64,000 nt of DNA, taken from positions 1,440,001 to 1,504,000 of the forward strand of contig NZ_JAQNDL010000003.1 in NCBI RefSeq assembly GCF_028368995.1, in the 5' to 3' direction. Origin of the DNA: Nannocystis bainbridge. GTDB lineage: Bacteria; Myxococcota_A; Polyangia; Nannocystales; Nannocystaceae. Made by a program: the position numbers and the translations under genes. Positions 44,728 through 54,823 of this stretch are shown piece by piece (the stretch's first letter is position 1; every line of letters starts with the position of its first letter). Below the pieces are notes generated by a model. It was given only the letters and a program-made list of their open reading frames with translations, made no database searches and was not told the origin of the DNA.

Positions 44728-47700
44728 ATGACCGAGCCTCGCCCCCACCTCGTCGGCGCGCGCGTCCTCGTCCGCGGCGAGCGATGGCTCGTGCGCGCCG
44801 TCCGGGTCACCGCGGCCGGCGGCGCCGAGCTCCACGTCACCGGCCTCTCCTCGCTCGTGCAGGGCCGCGACGCCGTCTTCCTCGACGACCTCGACGACCT
44901 CGAGCTCCTTCACTCCGGGTCCACCGACCTCGTCTCCCCTCATTCTGCCCCCGACCCCCAGCAACTCGGCCCCTGCGACCCCGAAGTCCTGCTCGATCAG
45001 CTCGCCCTCGACCAGCCGCGACCGCGGATTCGCGGCGCTCGCGACATCATCGAGCGGCTCGCCGACGAATGCATCCACTGGCACCGCTGCGCCGATCCGT
45101 CCGTCATCGACGCCCCGCACCTCGCCGACCGCCTCGCCCGCGAATGCGTCGTCTACCTCTACCGCCTGCTGTTCCTGTTCTACGTCGAGGCTCGCGGCCC
45201 CAGGCTGCAGGCCGAGCCCTGGTTCACCGATGCCTATCGCCGCGCTTATTCGCTCGAGGCCCTGCGTGACCTCGAGCTCGTACCCCTCGACGCCCCCGAG
45301 GCTTGCGACGGCCACTACCTCGACGCCTCGCTGAAGCTCCTGTTTCGCCTGGCCCAGCGCGGCTACCCCGGCTTCGCCCTCGCTGGCCTTCACGGCCAGC
45401 TGTTCGACGATACGCGCATTCCCTTGCTCACCGCCGCCCGGCTGCGGAATCACGTCCTCCAGGACGTCCTGCGGCGATTGTCCTTATCGCGTCCGCTCGG
45501 CAAGCGCCCGCCTGCGCGGATCTCCTACGCCCACCTCGGCATCCACCAGCTCGGCGCCGTCTACGAGGGCTTGCTCAGCTACACCGGCTTCCTCGCCCGC
45601 GAGGACGTGCACGAGGTCCGCGCCGCTGCCGACCTCGCTGACGACGACGCCCGCACCTGGTTCGTCGCTCCCGCCCAGCTCACCGACGACCCCGGGCACG
45701 CGCTCGTGCGCGACGCAGCCGGCCTCCCCCTCCTCCACCCGCGCGGCAAATTCCTCTACCGCCTCGCCGGCCGCGAGCGTGAGAAGAGCGCCTCCTATTA
45801 CACCCCCGAGCTGCTCACTCGCTGCCTCACCCGCCACACCCTCGCCGAGCGGCTCCCCGGGGCCCGCGCCGACGACATCCTGCAATGGACAATCTGCGAG
45901 CCCGCCATGGGCTCCGGCGCCTTCCTCCACGAGGCCGTCGAACAGCTCGCCGACGCCTACCTCGCGCGCAAACAGGCCGAGCTCGGGCGCACGATCGCCG
46001 CTGACCGGTACGCCCACGAGCGACAGCGCGTCAAACATCACCTCGTCGCTCGCAACTGCTACGGCGTCGACCTCGACCCGCTCGCCGCCGAGCTCGGCCG
46101 CGTCTCGCTGTGGCTGAGCGTCCGCCACGAAGGCGCCGCCCCGCCGAACCTGTCCTTGCGGACAGCCGTCGGAAACAGCCTGATCGGCGCCCGCCGGGCC
46201 GTCCTTCGCGCCGACGACCTCGCCCGCGGCCTCCGCTGTGAACCGGCCGCCGTGCCCCTCCACGAACCGCGGCCCGCTGGCGCCGTCTATCACTTCCTCC
46301 TCGCCGACCCCGGCATGGCCGGCTTCGACGACGACCGCGCCCTCAAGTCGCTCGCGCCCGCGGCCGTCGCCCGCATCAAGTCCTGGCGCCGGCAGCAGCT
46401 CGCCGCCGACACCGCGCGCGAGCTGCCGCGGCTGGCGGCGATCTGCGCCGGCATCGACCTCTTGTGGCGCGCCCACCTCGACGAGCGCCGCGCCGCCCTC
46501 GCCGCCGTCCGCCAGCCGCTCGCGCTGTGGGGTCAAACCGACGAACCTTCGCCCCCGCTCGATCCCGTCGCCGCCTGCGAAGCCCTCGCCCGCCCCGACG
46601 CCCCCGGCCGCAAGCTCGCCGCGATCCTCGATTACTGGTGCGCCCTGTGGTTCTGGCCCATCGACCAGGTCGAAGCATTGCCCGACCGCGGGCAATGGCT
46701 CGCCGACGTCGAGCACCTCCTCGCCACCGACGACCTCGATCGCCCGGGCGATCGCCCCGCCCTCGCCGTCACCCGCCGCGTCGCCGGCGAGCAGCGCTTC
46801 TTTCACTGGGAGGTCACCTTCCCCGAGGTGTTCGCCGCCGGCGGCATGGACATCATCCTCGGCAACCCGCCGTGGACCAAGGTCGTGTGGGAGGAGACCG
46901 GCGTGCTCGCCGACCTGCACCCACGCCTCGGCCAGGGCCGCGCCGCCGCGACCCTCTCGCAGGCCGAGCGCCAGCGCCTGCTCGCCGACCCACGCTCGCG
47001 CGGCCGCTACGAGCGCGAGCTGACCACCAGCCTCGGCACCCGCAATTTCCTGAGCAGCCGGCTCTACCCGCTGCTCGGCGGCACCGCCACCAACCTCTAC
47101 AAGGCCTTCCTCGTGCGCGCCTGGTCGCTCGCCGGCCCGCGCGCCGTCGTCGGCCTGTTCCATCAGACAGGCGTGTTCGACGACCCCGCCGGCGGCCCGC
47201 TGCGCGCCGAGCTGCACCACCGCCTGCGCCTCGCCGCCCGCTTCCAGAACAAGCTCATGCTGTTCCCGGAGGTCCTTCACACGCGCCCCTACGCCTTCAC
47301 GATCTGCGGCGACCGCCGCGACGTCCCGCGATTCCGCTACGTCGCCAACCTGCTGCACCCGCGCACGCTCGACGACAGCCTCGCCCACGACGGCAGCGGC
47401 GACGTGCCCGGCCTCAAGGGCGACGACGGCGCCTGGGACCTCCGCGGCCATCGCGACCGCGTCGTCGACGTCGACGCGGCCGCTCTGGCCCTGTTCCGCG
47501 CCGTGTTCGACGCACCCGACACGCCCCTCGCCGAGGCTCGCCTGCCGATCGTGCACGCCGGCGCGCTGCTGCCGATCCTCCTCAAGTTCGCCGCCGGCCC
47601 GCGGCGCATGCTCGACCTCGCCGACGCCTATACCACCAGCGAACATTTCCACGAGACCTATCAGCAGCAGGACGGCACCATCCGCCGCGTCACCTGCCGG

Positions 47701-48726
47701 CCCGAGCGCCTCGCCCAATGGATCGTGTCCGGCCCGCACTACTACGTGGCCACCCCGTTCGCGCGCGACCCCAACGCGGCCTGTCGCAGCCCCATGGACT
47801 ACACCACGATCGACCTCGCCGCGATCGCCCCCGACTATCTCCCGCGCACCAACTATCTGCCCGCCTGCGATCCCGCCACCTACGCGGCCCGCAGCCCGCG
47901 CTGGCACGAGACGCCCCTCGCCGCGCGTGCGCGCTGGATCGCCCGCAAGATGCTGTCGCCCTCCGGCGAGCGGACCTTGATCGGCGCCCTGCTCCCGCCC
48001 GGGCCGGCGCACATCGGCGCCAGCGTCAGCCTGGCCTGCCGCGACGACGCCACCACCGTGCATTTCGCCGGCCTGGCCGCCTCGCTGCCCTACGATTTCT
48101 GGCTCAAGATCACCGGCAAGTCGAACCTCAGCAACGACGTGGTCAAGTTCCTGCCGCTGCCCACGGCCTGGCGCTCCGAGATCGTCCTGCGCGCCTTATT
48201 GCTCAACTGCCTCACCGAGCCTTACGCGCCGCTGTGGCGTGACGCCTTCGTCGAAGCCTTTCGCGCCGACGGCTTCGCCAGCGCCGATCCACGATTGCCG
48301 TCCTTCGCCGCCCTCGGCCCGCGCTGGACCCCGGGCACCCCCCTGCGCACCCCGTTCGCGCGTCGGCAGGCGCTGGTCGAGCTCGACGCCCTCGCCGCCC
48401 TGGCCCTCGGGCTCACGCTGCCCGAGCTGCTGGCGATCTACCGCCTGCAATTCGCGGTGCTGCAGCAGAACGAGCGCGGCACCTGGTACGACCGGCGCGG
48501 CAAGGTCGTGTTCTCCGACAACGTGCTGCTCGCGGGGCTCGGCCTCGATCGCCGCCGGTGGCTGGCGATCGCCGACGCCGGCGCCGGCGAAGTCCTGCCT
48601 GTGTGGGCCCACGACGTTCAGGGCCCGTACCTCCCGCCGTTCGACCGCTGCGACCGCGAGGCCGACCTGCGCCGCGCCTACGCGCATTTCTCGGCGCGCC
48701 GCAGACCTGTCCCAGCGGACCTATGA
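44728..48726 (+). CDS. Large N6-adenine DNA methyltransferase (Eco57I/type IIG, DrmMI-like), apparently N-terminally rearranged
   Basis: YLYRLLFLFYVEAR; LGAVYEGLL; REKSASYYTPE; CEPAMGSGAFL; GNPPW; TNLYKAF. Confidence 0.85.
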   Translation: MTEPRPHLVGARVLVRGERWLVRAVRVTAAGGAELHVTGLSSLVQGRDAVFLDDLDDLELLHSGSTDLVSPHSAPDPQQLGPCDPEVLLDQLALDQPRPRIRGARDIIERLADECIHWHRCADPSVIDAPHLADRLARECVVYLYRLLFLFYVEARGPRLQAEPWFTDAYRRAYSLEALRDLELVPLDAPEACDGHYLDASLKLLFRLAQRGYPGFALAGLHGQLFDDTRIPLLTAARLRNHVLQDVLRRLSLSRPLGKRPPARISYAHLGIHQLGAVYEGLLSYTGFLAREDVHEVRAAADLADDDARTWFVAPAQLTDDPGHALVRDAAGLPLLHPRGKFLYRLAGREREKSASYYTPELLTRCLTRHTLAERLPGARADDILQWTICEPAMGSGAFLHEAVEQLADAYLARKQAELGRTIAADRYAHERQRVKHHLVARNCYGVDLDPLAAELGRVSLWLSVRHEGAAPPNLSLRTAVGNSLIGARRAVLRADDLARGLRCEPAAVPLHEPRPAGAVYHFLLADPGMAGFDDDRALKSLAPAAVARIKSWRRQQLAADTARELPRLAAICAGIDLLWRAHLDERRAALAAVRQPLALWGQTDEPSPPLDPVAACEALARPDAPGRKLAAILDYWCALWFWPIDQVEALPDRGQWLADVEHLLATDDLDRPGDRPALAVTRRVAGEQRFFHWEVTFPEVFAAGGMDIILGNPPWTKVVWEETGVLADLHPRLGQGRAAATLSQAERQRLLADPRSRGRYERELTTSLGTRNFLSSRLYPLLGGTATNLYKAFLVRAWSLAGPRAVVGLFHQTGVFDDPAGGPLRAELHHRLRLAARFQNKLMLFPEVLHTRPYAFTICGDRRDVPRFRYVANLLHPRTLDDSLAHDGSGDVPGLKGDDGAWDLRGHRDRVVDVDAAALALFRAVFDAPDTPLAEARLPIVHAGALLPILLKFAAGPRRMLDLADAYTTSEHFHETYQQQDGTIRRVTCRPERLAQWIVSGPHYYVATPFARDPNAACRSPMDYTTIDLAAIAPDYLPRTNYLPACDPATYAARSPRWHETPLAARARWIARKMLSPSGERTLIGALLPPGPAHIGASVSLACRDDATTVHFAGLAASLPYDFWLKITGKSNLSNDVVKFLPLPTAWRSEIVLRALLLNCLTEPYAPLWRDAFVEAFRADGFASADPRLPSFAALGPRWTPGTPLRTPFARRQALVELDALAALALGLTLPELLAIYRLQFAVLQQNERGTWYDRRGKVVFSDNVLLAGLGLDRRRWLAIADAGAGEVLPVWAHDVQGPYLPPFDRCDREADLRRAYAHFSARRRPVPADL

Positions 48727-48748
48727 TCATACTCGGCACGCGTCCGCC

Positions 48749-49504
48749 TCAGCGCGGAGCCAGCGGGTGGATCTGCCCGCGGATGTCACCGAAGTAGCTC
48801 TGCCCCGTGGTGTGCAGATTAAAATAAAGCTCGCCGTCGCGGGCCAGTTGGGCCATCCCCGCGACCGTCGACACCTTGACCGGCGCGACGCTACCGAGCG
48901 ACGGGCTCGGGATCACGCAGCCGGTGGTGAACGCCCCGACCAGCCCGTGCGCGTGCTCGACCGTCTGGACCAGGTGCTCGTTGCGGATCTCGACCGAGAA
49001 CATCCCGTCGGCCAGGTTGCCCTGCAGATCGGTGGCGTGGGCGAAATCGACGAGGATCGGCCCGAGGATGCCCGGCTTGCCGCAATGGATGTGGAACATG
49101 TTGATAGACTTCAGATCGATCCCCTCGATCTTGACGTCGACGAACGCCCGGCTGAAGTCGTTGGTGAAGCGGACCTGCCCGTGCGCGCGGTGCCCCGCGG
49201 CCTCGCGCGCGGCCCGGTTCTGCGACGGCGTGGTCGAGCGGAATTGCTTGGGCGTGGTCGCGGGCGTGTTCTCCTCCTCGTCGCCCTCCTGGTGCGGGCT
49301 CAAGTAGGCTTCAAAAATCGCGCCGATCTGGGTCCCGCGGCCCGGATCGAGCTCACCCGCGGCCACCGCCGGCGCCGCGACCGTCGGCGCCGGAGCCGGG
49401 GCCACCGGCGCCGGGTCCGGCGCGGCCGTGGTCCGGCCCTCGGCCCGCGTGTCACAACCGCCCAAGAGGAGCACACCCACAACAACGACGCGTCGTCCGT
49501 CCAT
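48749..49504 (-). CDS. CHRD domain lipoprotein
   Basis: Lipobox LLGGC; LSPHQE; FHIHCGKPG; LYFNLHT; GDIRGQI. Confidence 0.85.
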   Translation of the reverse strand: MDGRRVVVVGVLLLGGCDTRAEGRTTAAPDPAPVAPAPAPTVAAPAVAAGELDPGRGTQIGAIFEAYLSPHQEGDEEENTPATTPKQFRSTTPSQNRAAREAAGHRAHGQVRFTNDFSRAFVDVKIEGIDLKSINMFHIHCGKPGILGPILVDFAHATDLQGNLADGMFSVEIRNEHLVQTVEHAHGLVGAFTTGCVIPSPSLGSVAPVKVSTVAGMAQLARDGELYFNLHTTGQSYFGDIRGQIHPLAPR

Positions 49505-49660
49505 GGTCCGCCACGCTAGCGGACTCGGCCGCGCCGTGATGGCGACACGTGGACACCCGGTGGTCCGAATTTGGACTCGAGCCCGGCGTGACCCCCGGTC
49601 AACCGATGGCGCCACGCGACCTGCGACCTGCCCTCTCCGAGATCGCCGTTTATCCCGCCC

Positions 49661-50326
49661 TCATGCTGCCTCGCAGAACCCCACTTCCATCTCCAGCGAG
49701 GCGAACGTCCCCGCCAGGTACGTCGCGCAGGCCGCCCCGCACAGCTCGACGATGCGCTCGCCGTCCGCGTGGAATTGCACCCACAGCGCATTCGGATCGC
49801 TGCAATCGGCCACGCCCTGCGGCAGCGACACGTCGTCGAGCCGCACGGACTCGACCGGCCAGGGGCAGAATGCGCCGACGATCCCGGTCGGAATGGCACA
49901 AGTCGCGCGGCCGGACGGCAACGGCAGGGGCCCGCCGCACTTGCAGCAATCGGTGAGCGGCTCGCACGCGGCAGAGCACAGGTCTTGCGAAGGCACGACC
50001 ACGCACGCGTCCTCCGCGGTCGTGTCCGTGGTCGCAGAGGAGGTGACCTCCCCCGCCCCGCTCGTCGGCGCCATCGAAGTCGCCGCTCCCGTGGCCTCGG
50101 CGCTCGCTCCCGACGACGCTTCGCCGGCGCTCGCTCCCGACGACGCTTCGCCGGAGCTCGCTCCCGACGTCGCTCCCGTCGCCTCGGAGCTCGCCCCCGA
50201 CGTCGCTCCCGTTGCCTCGGAGATCGACGTCGACTCGCTCCCCGTCGTCGCGCCCGGCGACGACGGCCCGCACGCCAGCGCCACCATCGTCCAGCACCAC
50301 CCCCGCATCCGACCCGGTGCTCTCAT
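49661..50326 (-). CDS. Ser/Ala/Gly-linker lipoprotein with Cys-rich domain
   Basis: VALAC lipobox; SEATGATSGAS repeats; many Cys. Confidence 0.6.
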   Translation of the reverse strand: MRAPGRMRGWCWTMVALACGPSSPGATTGSESTSISEATGATSGASSEATGATSGASSGEASSGASAGEASSGASAEATGAATSMAPTSGAGEVTSSATTDTTAEDACVVVPSQDLCSAACEPLTDCCKCGGPLPLPSGRATCAIPTGIVGAFCPWPVESVRLDDVSLPQGVADCSDPNALWVQFHADGERIVELCGAACATYLAGTFASLEMEVGFCEAA

Positions 50327-50394
50327 CGTCACGCCTCCGGCGACCGAGCATGGCCTCGACCCGCGTGACGACGCCGCTCAGCGGCCGGCCCGGC

Positions 50395-50892
50395 TCACAG
50401 GAACGTCGCCATGTAGACCACCAGGCAGTACCACGGCGTCCCGGCGAGGACGATCGCCCGCCGCCCGCGACCGAGGTCGCGCCGTGAGCCGCCCGCGATC
50501 ATCAGCCCCAGCGCCAGGCACCAGACCACCGCCGCGATCGCCACCGCCAGGGCGAACGCCTTGAGGATGAACGGCGCCACCCCGGGGACGAACAGCCCGG
50601 CGGCGGCCACGACCGTCAGGAGCACGGGCACGTACGCCAGTGCGAGGACCGCGCGCGACAGCCACGGCCGCGAGTGGTCGCTCGCGCGGCGGGCGTGGGA
50701 CAGCGCCCACGAGGCGATGAACACCAGGCTGGCGAGCAGCGCCAGGGCCACCCCGCCGAGCACCAGCAGCTCCTGGGCGCGGCGGAAGATCTCCCGCAGC
50801 CGGTCGAGGCCGCCGAAGGCCCGGTCGAGGCCCTCCAGGAGGGTGGAGCCGAACACGGCGAGCGGGAGGAGCAGCGCGAAGAGAGAGCGCAT
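50395..50892 (-). CDS. Hypothetical membrane protein
   Basis: Four to five hydrophobic helices. Confidence 0.55.
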   Translation of the reverse strand: MRSLFALLLPLAVFGSTLLEGLDRAFGGLDRLREIFRRAQELLVLGGVALALLASLVFIASWALSHARRASDHSRPWLSRAVLALAYVPVLLTVVAAAGLFVPGVAPFILKAFALAVAIAAVVWCLALGLMIAGGSRRDLGRGRRAIVLAGTPWYCLVVYMATFL

Positions 50893-51030
50893 CGAAGTCC
50901 AGTGTACCACCCCGAAGCCAGGGCCCAAGGCCGCGGCCACGGGCGCGGGCGGCGTGGACCCGGCGCCCGCGCACCCCGGCGGGGGCTTGCAAGCCGGAAC
51001 CTCCTGGGGTAGAGATCCCGTCCCCAAACT

Positions 51031-51107
51031 GCGTGTGTAGCTCAGTTGGATAGAGCGTTGGCCTCCGAAGCCAAAGGTCGCAGGTTCGACTCCTGCCACG
51101 CGCGCCA
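51031..51107 (+). tRNA. tRNA-Arg(CCG)
   Basis: Acceptor gcgtgtg/cacgcgc; D arm tagctcagttggatagagc; anticodon loop ctCCGaa; T loop ttcgact; encoded CCA. Confidence 0.96.
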
Positions 51108-51110
51108 GCC

Positions 51111-51141
51111 CGAGCGCCGCCCGGATCCCGGGCGGCGCTCG
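51111..51141 (+). terminator. GC-rich hairpin after tRNA
   Basis: cgagcgccgcccgg-atc-ccgggcggcgctcg; weak U tail. Confidence 0.6.
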
Positions 51142-51176
51142 TCGCTTTCGGGCCGCGCCGGGGCCGCCGCAGCGCA

Positions 51177-51338
51177 TGTCCCTTGCGACATGTCCTCGGG
51201 CGCAGACCACGGCTTCGCCCCTGTCTCTCAGGACATGTCCTGGGGGCGCCTTACGTCAACCGGCTCGCGGCCACAGCCTCGGCGCGCCGGATCATATGAC
51301 CTTTCGGACATGCCCATTCGCGCATGACTGAAAGGCCA
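51177..51338. repeat. Three short 14-bp-phased arrays downstream of tRNA
   Basis: Units starting at 51177/51191, 51222/51236, 51297/51311/51325. Confidence 0.8.
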
Positions 51339-51991
51339 GCTTCGAGGCGCGCGCTCGGGCGCCCCGGCGCGGCCCGGCGCGCACCTGTCTGAAGAGCCAG
51401 CTCTCCGAACAGCCGGCGGTCAGCGTCAGCGCCAGCGCCTCGACCTCCGGCGCGTCGGTCGGGTCGGGTGAACGGGTCGCGGCCGCGAGGGCCCGCGCCA
51501 GGGCGGAGATCCGCGGCCGCGGAGCCAGCGCCGGGGTTGCGAACAGCCGCCCCGGCGCCGCCGACTTCGACGCCACCGCCGCCAGCAGCGACGCCGACAG
51601 CCCGGGGCTCGGGCACACGTCGCCGACCCCGTGCTCGTGCGAACCCTCGAACCCCTCCTCACCCTCGCCGAGCAGCACCGACCCGGCCACCAGCGCGAGC
51701 GTGCGGTCGCGGCAGCGGTCACAAAAACTGCCGACCAGCACGAAGTACAGCATACCTGGCGGTGCTGCTCCGGGACCGGCCGGTCGCGGGGCCCCGCGTG
51801 ACACACGTGGCGCCTCACCGTGATGTCGGGTCAGGCCGCCAGCACCTCGACGCGCGGGCGCGCGGGGTCGGCGCGAGACGCCGTGGGGCCTTCCGCCACC
51901 TCACCGGGTGTACCGACACCGCCTGCGCGGGTCAACCGCGCTCTTGGCTGGCCCGTGCCAGTTGCGATACGGTCGGATGGCCAGGACGGCC

Positions 51992-53533
51992 ATGGAAATC
52001 GCAGCGAGCGTCACCCTCGGACTCTTGTTCCTGATCTCGGGCTTCGCGTCAGTGTTCCTGATGTTCAAGCTGTGGGGCTGGCCCGACGGACATCAACCGG
52101 GCATGGGCCAGGCGCCGCGGCACCTCGTGCGCCTCCACGACATCTTCAAGGTCATCTTCACCGCGCTCTACGTGGTGATGATGGCCGTGATGGTCCCGCG
52201 GCTGTGGAACTACCAGGTCGAGCTGCCGCCGCGCTCGGCCGTGCACGTCAGCCTCGGCTTCTTGCTGGGCGTGTTGCTGCTGGTCGAGCTCGCGTTCTAC
52301 AAGCTGTTCCGCCACCTGCAGTCCTGGGTCCCGGCGCTGGCCACCGCGACGCTCGGCTGCTCCGTGCTGCTGCTCGGCCTGTCGGTCCCGAGCGCCCTGC
52401 GCGAGTACGGCCTGGCGCGCGGCCAGGTCGGCGGCGGCGTCTACAGCGTCGAGAACCGGGCCCGCGTCGCCCGCCTGCTGCCGCAGGCCGAGATGCCCGC
52501 CGACGCCCCGCTGGCCGACCTCACCACCGTCGACGCCCTGCGCCACGGCCGGGAGATCCTCGCCACCAAGTGCGTCGTCTGTCACGACCTCAAGACCGTC
52601 CTCGTCCAGCCGCGCTCGCCCGCCGGCTGGTGGCGCACCGTCGAGCGCATGGCCGACAAGCCGATGTTCGAGGACCCGATGACCGAGCGCGAGCTCTACG
52701 ACGTCACCGCCTACCTGGTCGCCATCACCGGCGACCTGCAGAAATCGGCCCGCCAGCAGCGCGAGCAGAAGCTCAAGCAGCAGCAGGCGATCGCCCCCGT
52801 CGACCCGGCCGCCCCGGCGCCGACCTACGACGCCTCCGCCGCGCAAAAAGCGTTCGAGACCCGCTGCGCCGAGTGCCACGACCTCGCCGAGGTCGACAAG
52901 AAGCCGCCCACCTCCGCCCGCGAGGTCAAGGAGGTCATCGAGCGCATGGTCGCCGACAACGGCATGACCGCCCCCGCGGCCGAGCTCGACCTCTGCTACG
53001 CCTTCATGATCCGCAAGTACGCGCCGAACGAGGTCGCCACCGCGCCCGCGACTCTCGGCGCGGCCGTCGGCGCCGACGTCGCGGCCGCCGTGGCCGTGGC
53101 CAGCGCCCCGCCTGTCCCCGCGGACAGCAAGCCTGTCCCCGCGGACAGCAAGCCTGTCCCCGCGGACAGCCCGCCGCCCGCCGCCGATCCGGACGTCATC
53201 GTCGACGACGACACCCCGCCGGCCAAGGCCCCGACGCCCGCGCCCGCCGCCCCCGCCAAGCCCAAGCCGGCCCCCAAGGCGATCGACGCCCGCGGCCTCT
53301 ACGTCAAGCACTGCGCCGCCTGCCACGACGTCAGCGGCAAGGGCAAGCCGGGCCTCAAGAGCAAGGGCATCCCGGACATGACCGACAAGAACTGGCAGAA
53401 GAAGAACGGCAAGGGCGCGGTCGCCAAGGCGATCAAGGTCGGCATCCCCGGCACGATGATGAAAGCCTTCGCCGCCAAGCTGAAGCCCGAAGAGGTCGAC
53501 GCCGTCGCCGCCTTCGTCAAGAAGATGCGCTGA
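51992..53533 (+). CDS. Membrane-anchored triheme c-type cytochrome
   Basis: N-terminal TM helices with His residues; CVVCH, CAECH, CAACH; PVPADSK x3 linker. Confidence 0.85.
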   Translation: MEIAASVTLGLLFLISGFASVFLMFKLWGWPDGHQPGMGQAPRHLVRLHDIFKVIFTALYVVMMAVMVPRLWNYQVELPPRSAVHVSLGFLLGVLLLVELAFYKLFRHLQSWVPALATATLGCSVLLLGLSVPSALREYGLARGQVGGGVYSVENRARVARLLPQAEMPADAPLADLTTVDALRHGREILATKCVVCHDLKTVLVQPRSPAGWWRTVERMADKPMFEDPMTERELYDVTAYLVAITGDLQKSARQQREQKLKQQQAIAPVDPAAPAPTYDASAAQKAFETRCAECHDLAEVDKKPPTSAREVKEVIERMVADNGMTAPAAELDLCYAFMIRKYAPNEVATAPATLGAAVGADVAAAVAVASAPPVPADSKPVPADSKPVPADSPPPAADPDVIVDDDTPPAKAPTPAPAAPAKPKPAPKAIDARGLYVKHCAACHDVSGKGKPGLKSKGIPDMTDKNWQKKNGKGAVAKAIKVGIPGTMMKAFAAKLKPEEVDAVAAFVKKMR

Positions 53534-53536
53534 ACC

Positions 53537-53678
53537 GGCGAATGCACCGACCCCGATGAGCCCCCGGCAGCCGCGACCTCGCGGCTGCCCGCGCGACCCT
53601 GGCGAATGTACCGACCGCGATGATTACCCGGCAGCCGCGACCTCGGTTGCCCGGGCGACCTCGGCGAATGCACCGACC
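53537..53678. repeat. REP/BIME-like repeat (period 62-64) with hairpins between convergent genes
   Basis: ggcgaatgYaccgacc at 53537, 53601, 53663; ggcagccgcg-acct-cgcggctgcc hairpin. Confidence 0.75.
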
Positions 53679-53743
53679 ACGGAATCACTGCGACTACGTA
53701 CCCAGTGGGCCGGCCGCTCACAGTACGGTGATTCCGGCTCCTA

Positions 53744-54823
53744 TCAATACCCGAGCCGCTCGAGCACCTTCTCCGTCACCTTTGGGATCCCCCCGCGCGG
53801 TCGCTCGCCCGGCGCGATCCACATGCGCCCCGGGCCGTCCTCATAGCCGGCCCGGAACGGCACGTCGACGACCGCCGCCTCGCCGCGGCACGGCCACAGC
53901 ATCCACACCCGGTGCGTGAACACGTGCTTGACCGGCTCCACCAGCGCCTCGACCGACTTGACCTTCACTCCCGTCACCTCCGCGATCACCCGCGGCGGCG
54001 CCCCGGCGCGGTCCGTGCTCTTGCGCTCGATCAGCGGCAGGCACCACATTCCGCCCAGCAGCCCCTCGTTCGCGCGCTGCTCGAGCAGCACCCGGCCGTT
54101 GCGGCGCACCGCCACTGCCCATAGATCTTCGCGGGGCGACGGCGCTCGCTGCTTCGGCGTCGGGATCGTCGATTGCAGCCCCTTCGCCAGCGCCTGGCAC
54201 TCGCTGCGCACCGGGCAGCCCTCGCAGCGCGGCCCCATCGGCGTGCACACCGTCGCCCCCAACTCCATCAGTGCCTGCGCCAGCACCCGCGGCTGGCCCG
54301 CCTGCACGATCTTCTGCGCCATGATCCAGTGCCCGGCCGCGCTCGCGTCCTGCTGCTTCGGGTTCTCGAGCGCCTGCAGCCGCGAAAGCACGCGCGCCAC
54401 ATTGCCGTCGACCAGCGCGGTCGGCCGGTCGAACGCGATCGACGCGATCGCCCCGGCCGTGTACCGGCCCACCCCGGGAATCTTGCGCAACAATTCAGGA
54501 TCGTCGGGCACGGTCCCGCCGTGGCTGGTCGCCACGTGTCGGGCCCCCGCGTGAAGCAGGCGCGCCCGGCGGTAGTACCCGAGCCCGCTCCACGCCGCGA
54601 GCACCTCCGATTCGTCGGCCGCCGCCAGCGTGCCGACATCCGGGAAGCGCTCCAAAAACCGCCCGTAATACGCCTCCACGGTGTCCACGCGCGTCTGCTG
54701 CAGCATGATCTCGCTGACCCAGATCGCGTACGGGTCCCGCGTGCGCCGCCACGCCAGGTCGCGCTGGTGCTGGTGGAACCAGGGTTCGAGGAGGTTGGCG
54801 AGGCGATGCGCGAGATCGAGCAC
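53744..54823 (-). CDS. mutY: A/G-specific adenine glycosylase
   Basis: WVSEIMLQQT; WSGLGYY; PGVGRYTAGAI; VDGNV; CTP..PRCEGCPVRSEC. Confidence 0.95.
   Translation of the reverse strand: MLDLAHRLANLLEPWFHQHQRDLAWRRTRDPYAIWVSEIMLQQTRVDTVEAYYGRFLERFPDVGTLAAADESEVLAAWSGLGYYRRARLLHAGARHVATSHGGTVPDDPELLRKIPGVGRYTAGAIASIAFDRPTALVDGNVARVLSRLQALENPKQQDASAAGHWIMAQKIVQAGQPRVLAQALMELGATVCTPMGPRCEGCPVRSECQALAKGLQSTIPTPKQRAPSPREDLWAVAVRRNGRVLLEQRANEGLLGGMWCLPLIERKSTDRAGAPPRVIAEVTGVKVKSVEALVEPVKHVFTHRVWMLWPCRGEAAVVDVPFRAGYEDGPGRMWIAPGERPRGGIPKVTEKVLERLGY

Noticed and set aside
50095-50225. Short tandem repeats in lipoprotein gene
   Set aside because: Encode a low-complexity Ser/Gly/Ala linker typical of these lipoproteins
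51031-51340. tRNA-Arg as prophage or island attachment site
   Set aside because: No integrase and no duplicated tRNA 3' end seen in the window
51292-51804. Possible minus-strand small protein with CxxC
   Set aside because: No recognisable family or RBS, and the 3' end runs into repeat arrays; cannot be supported
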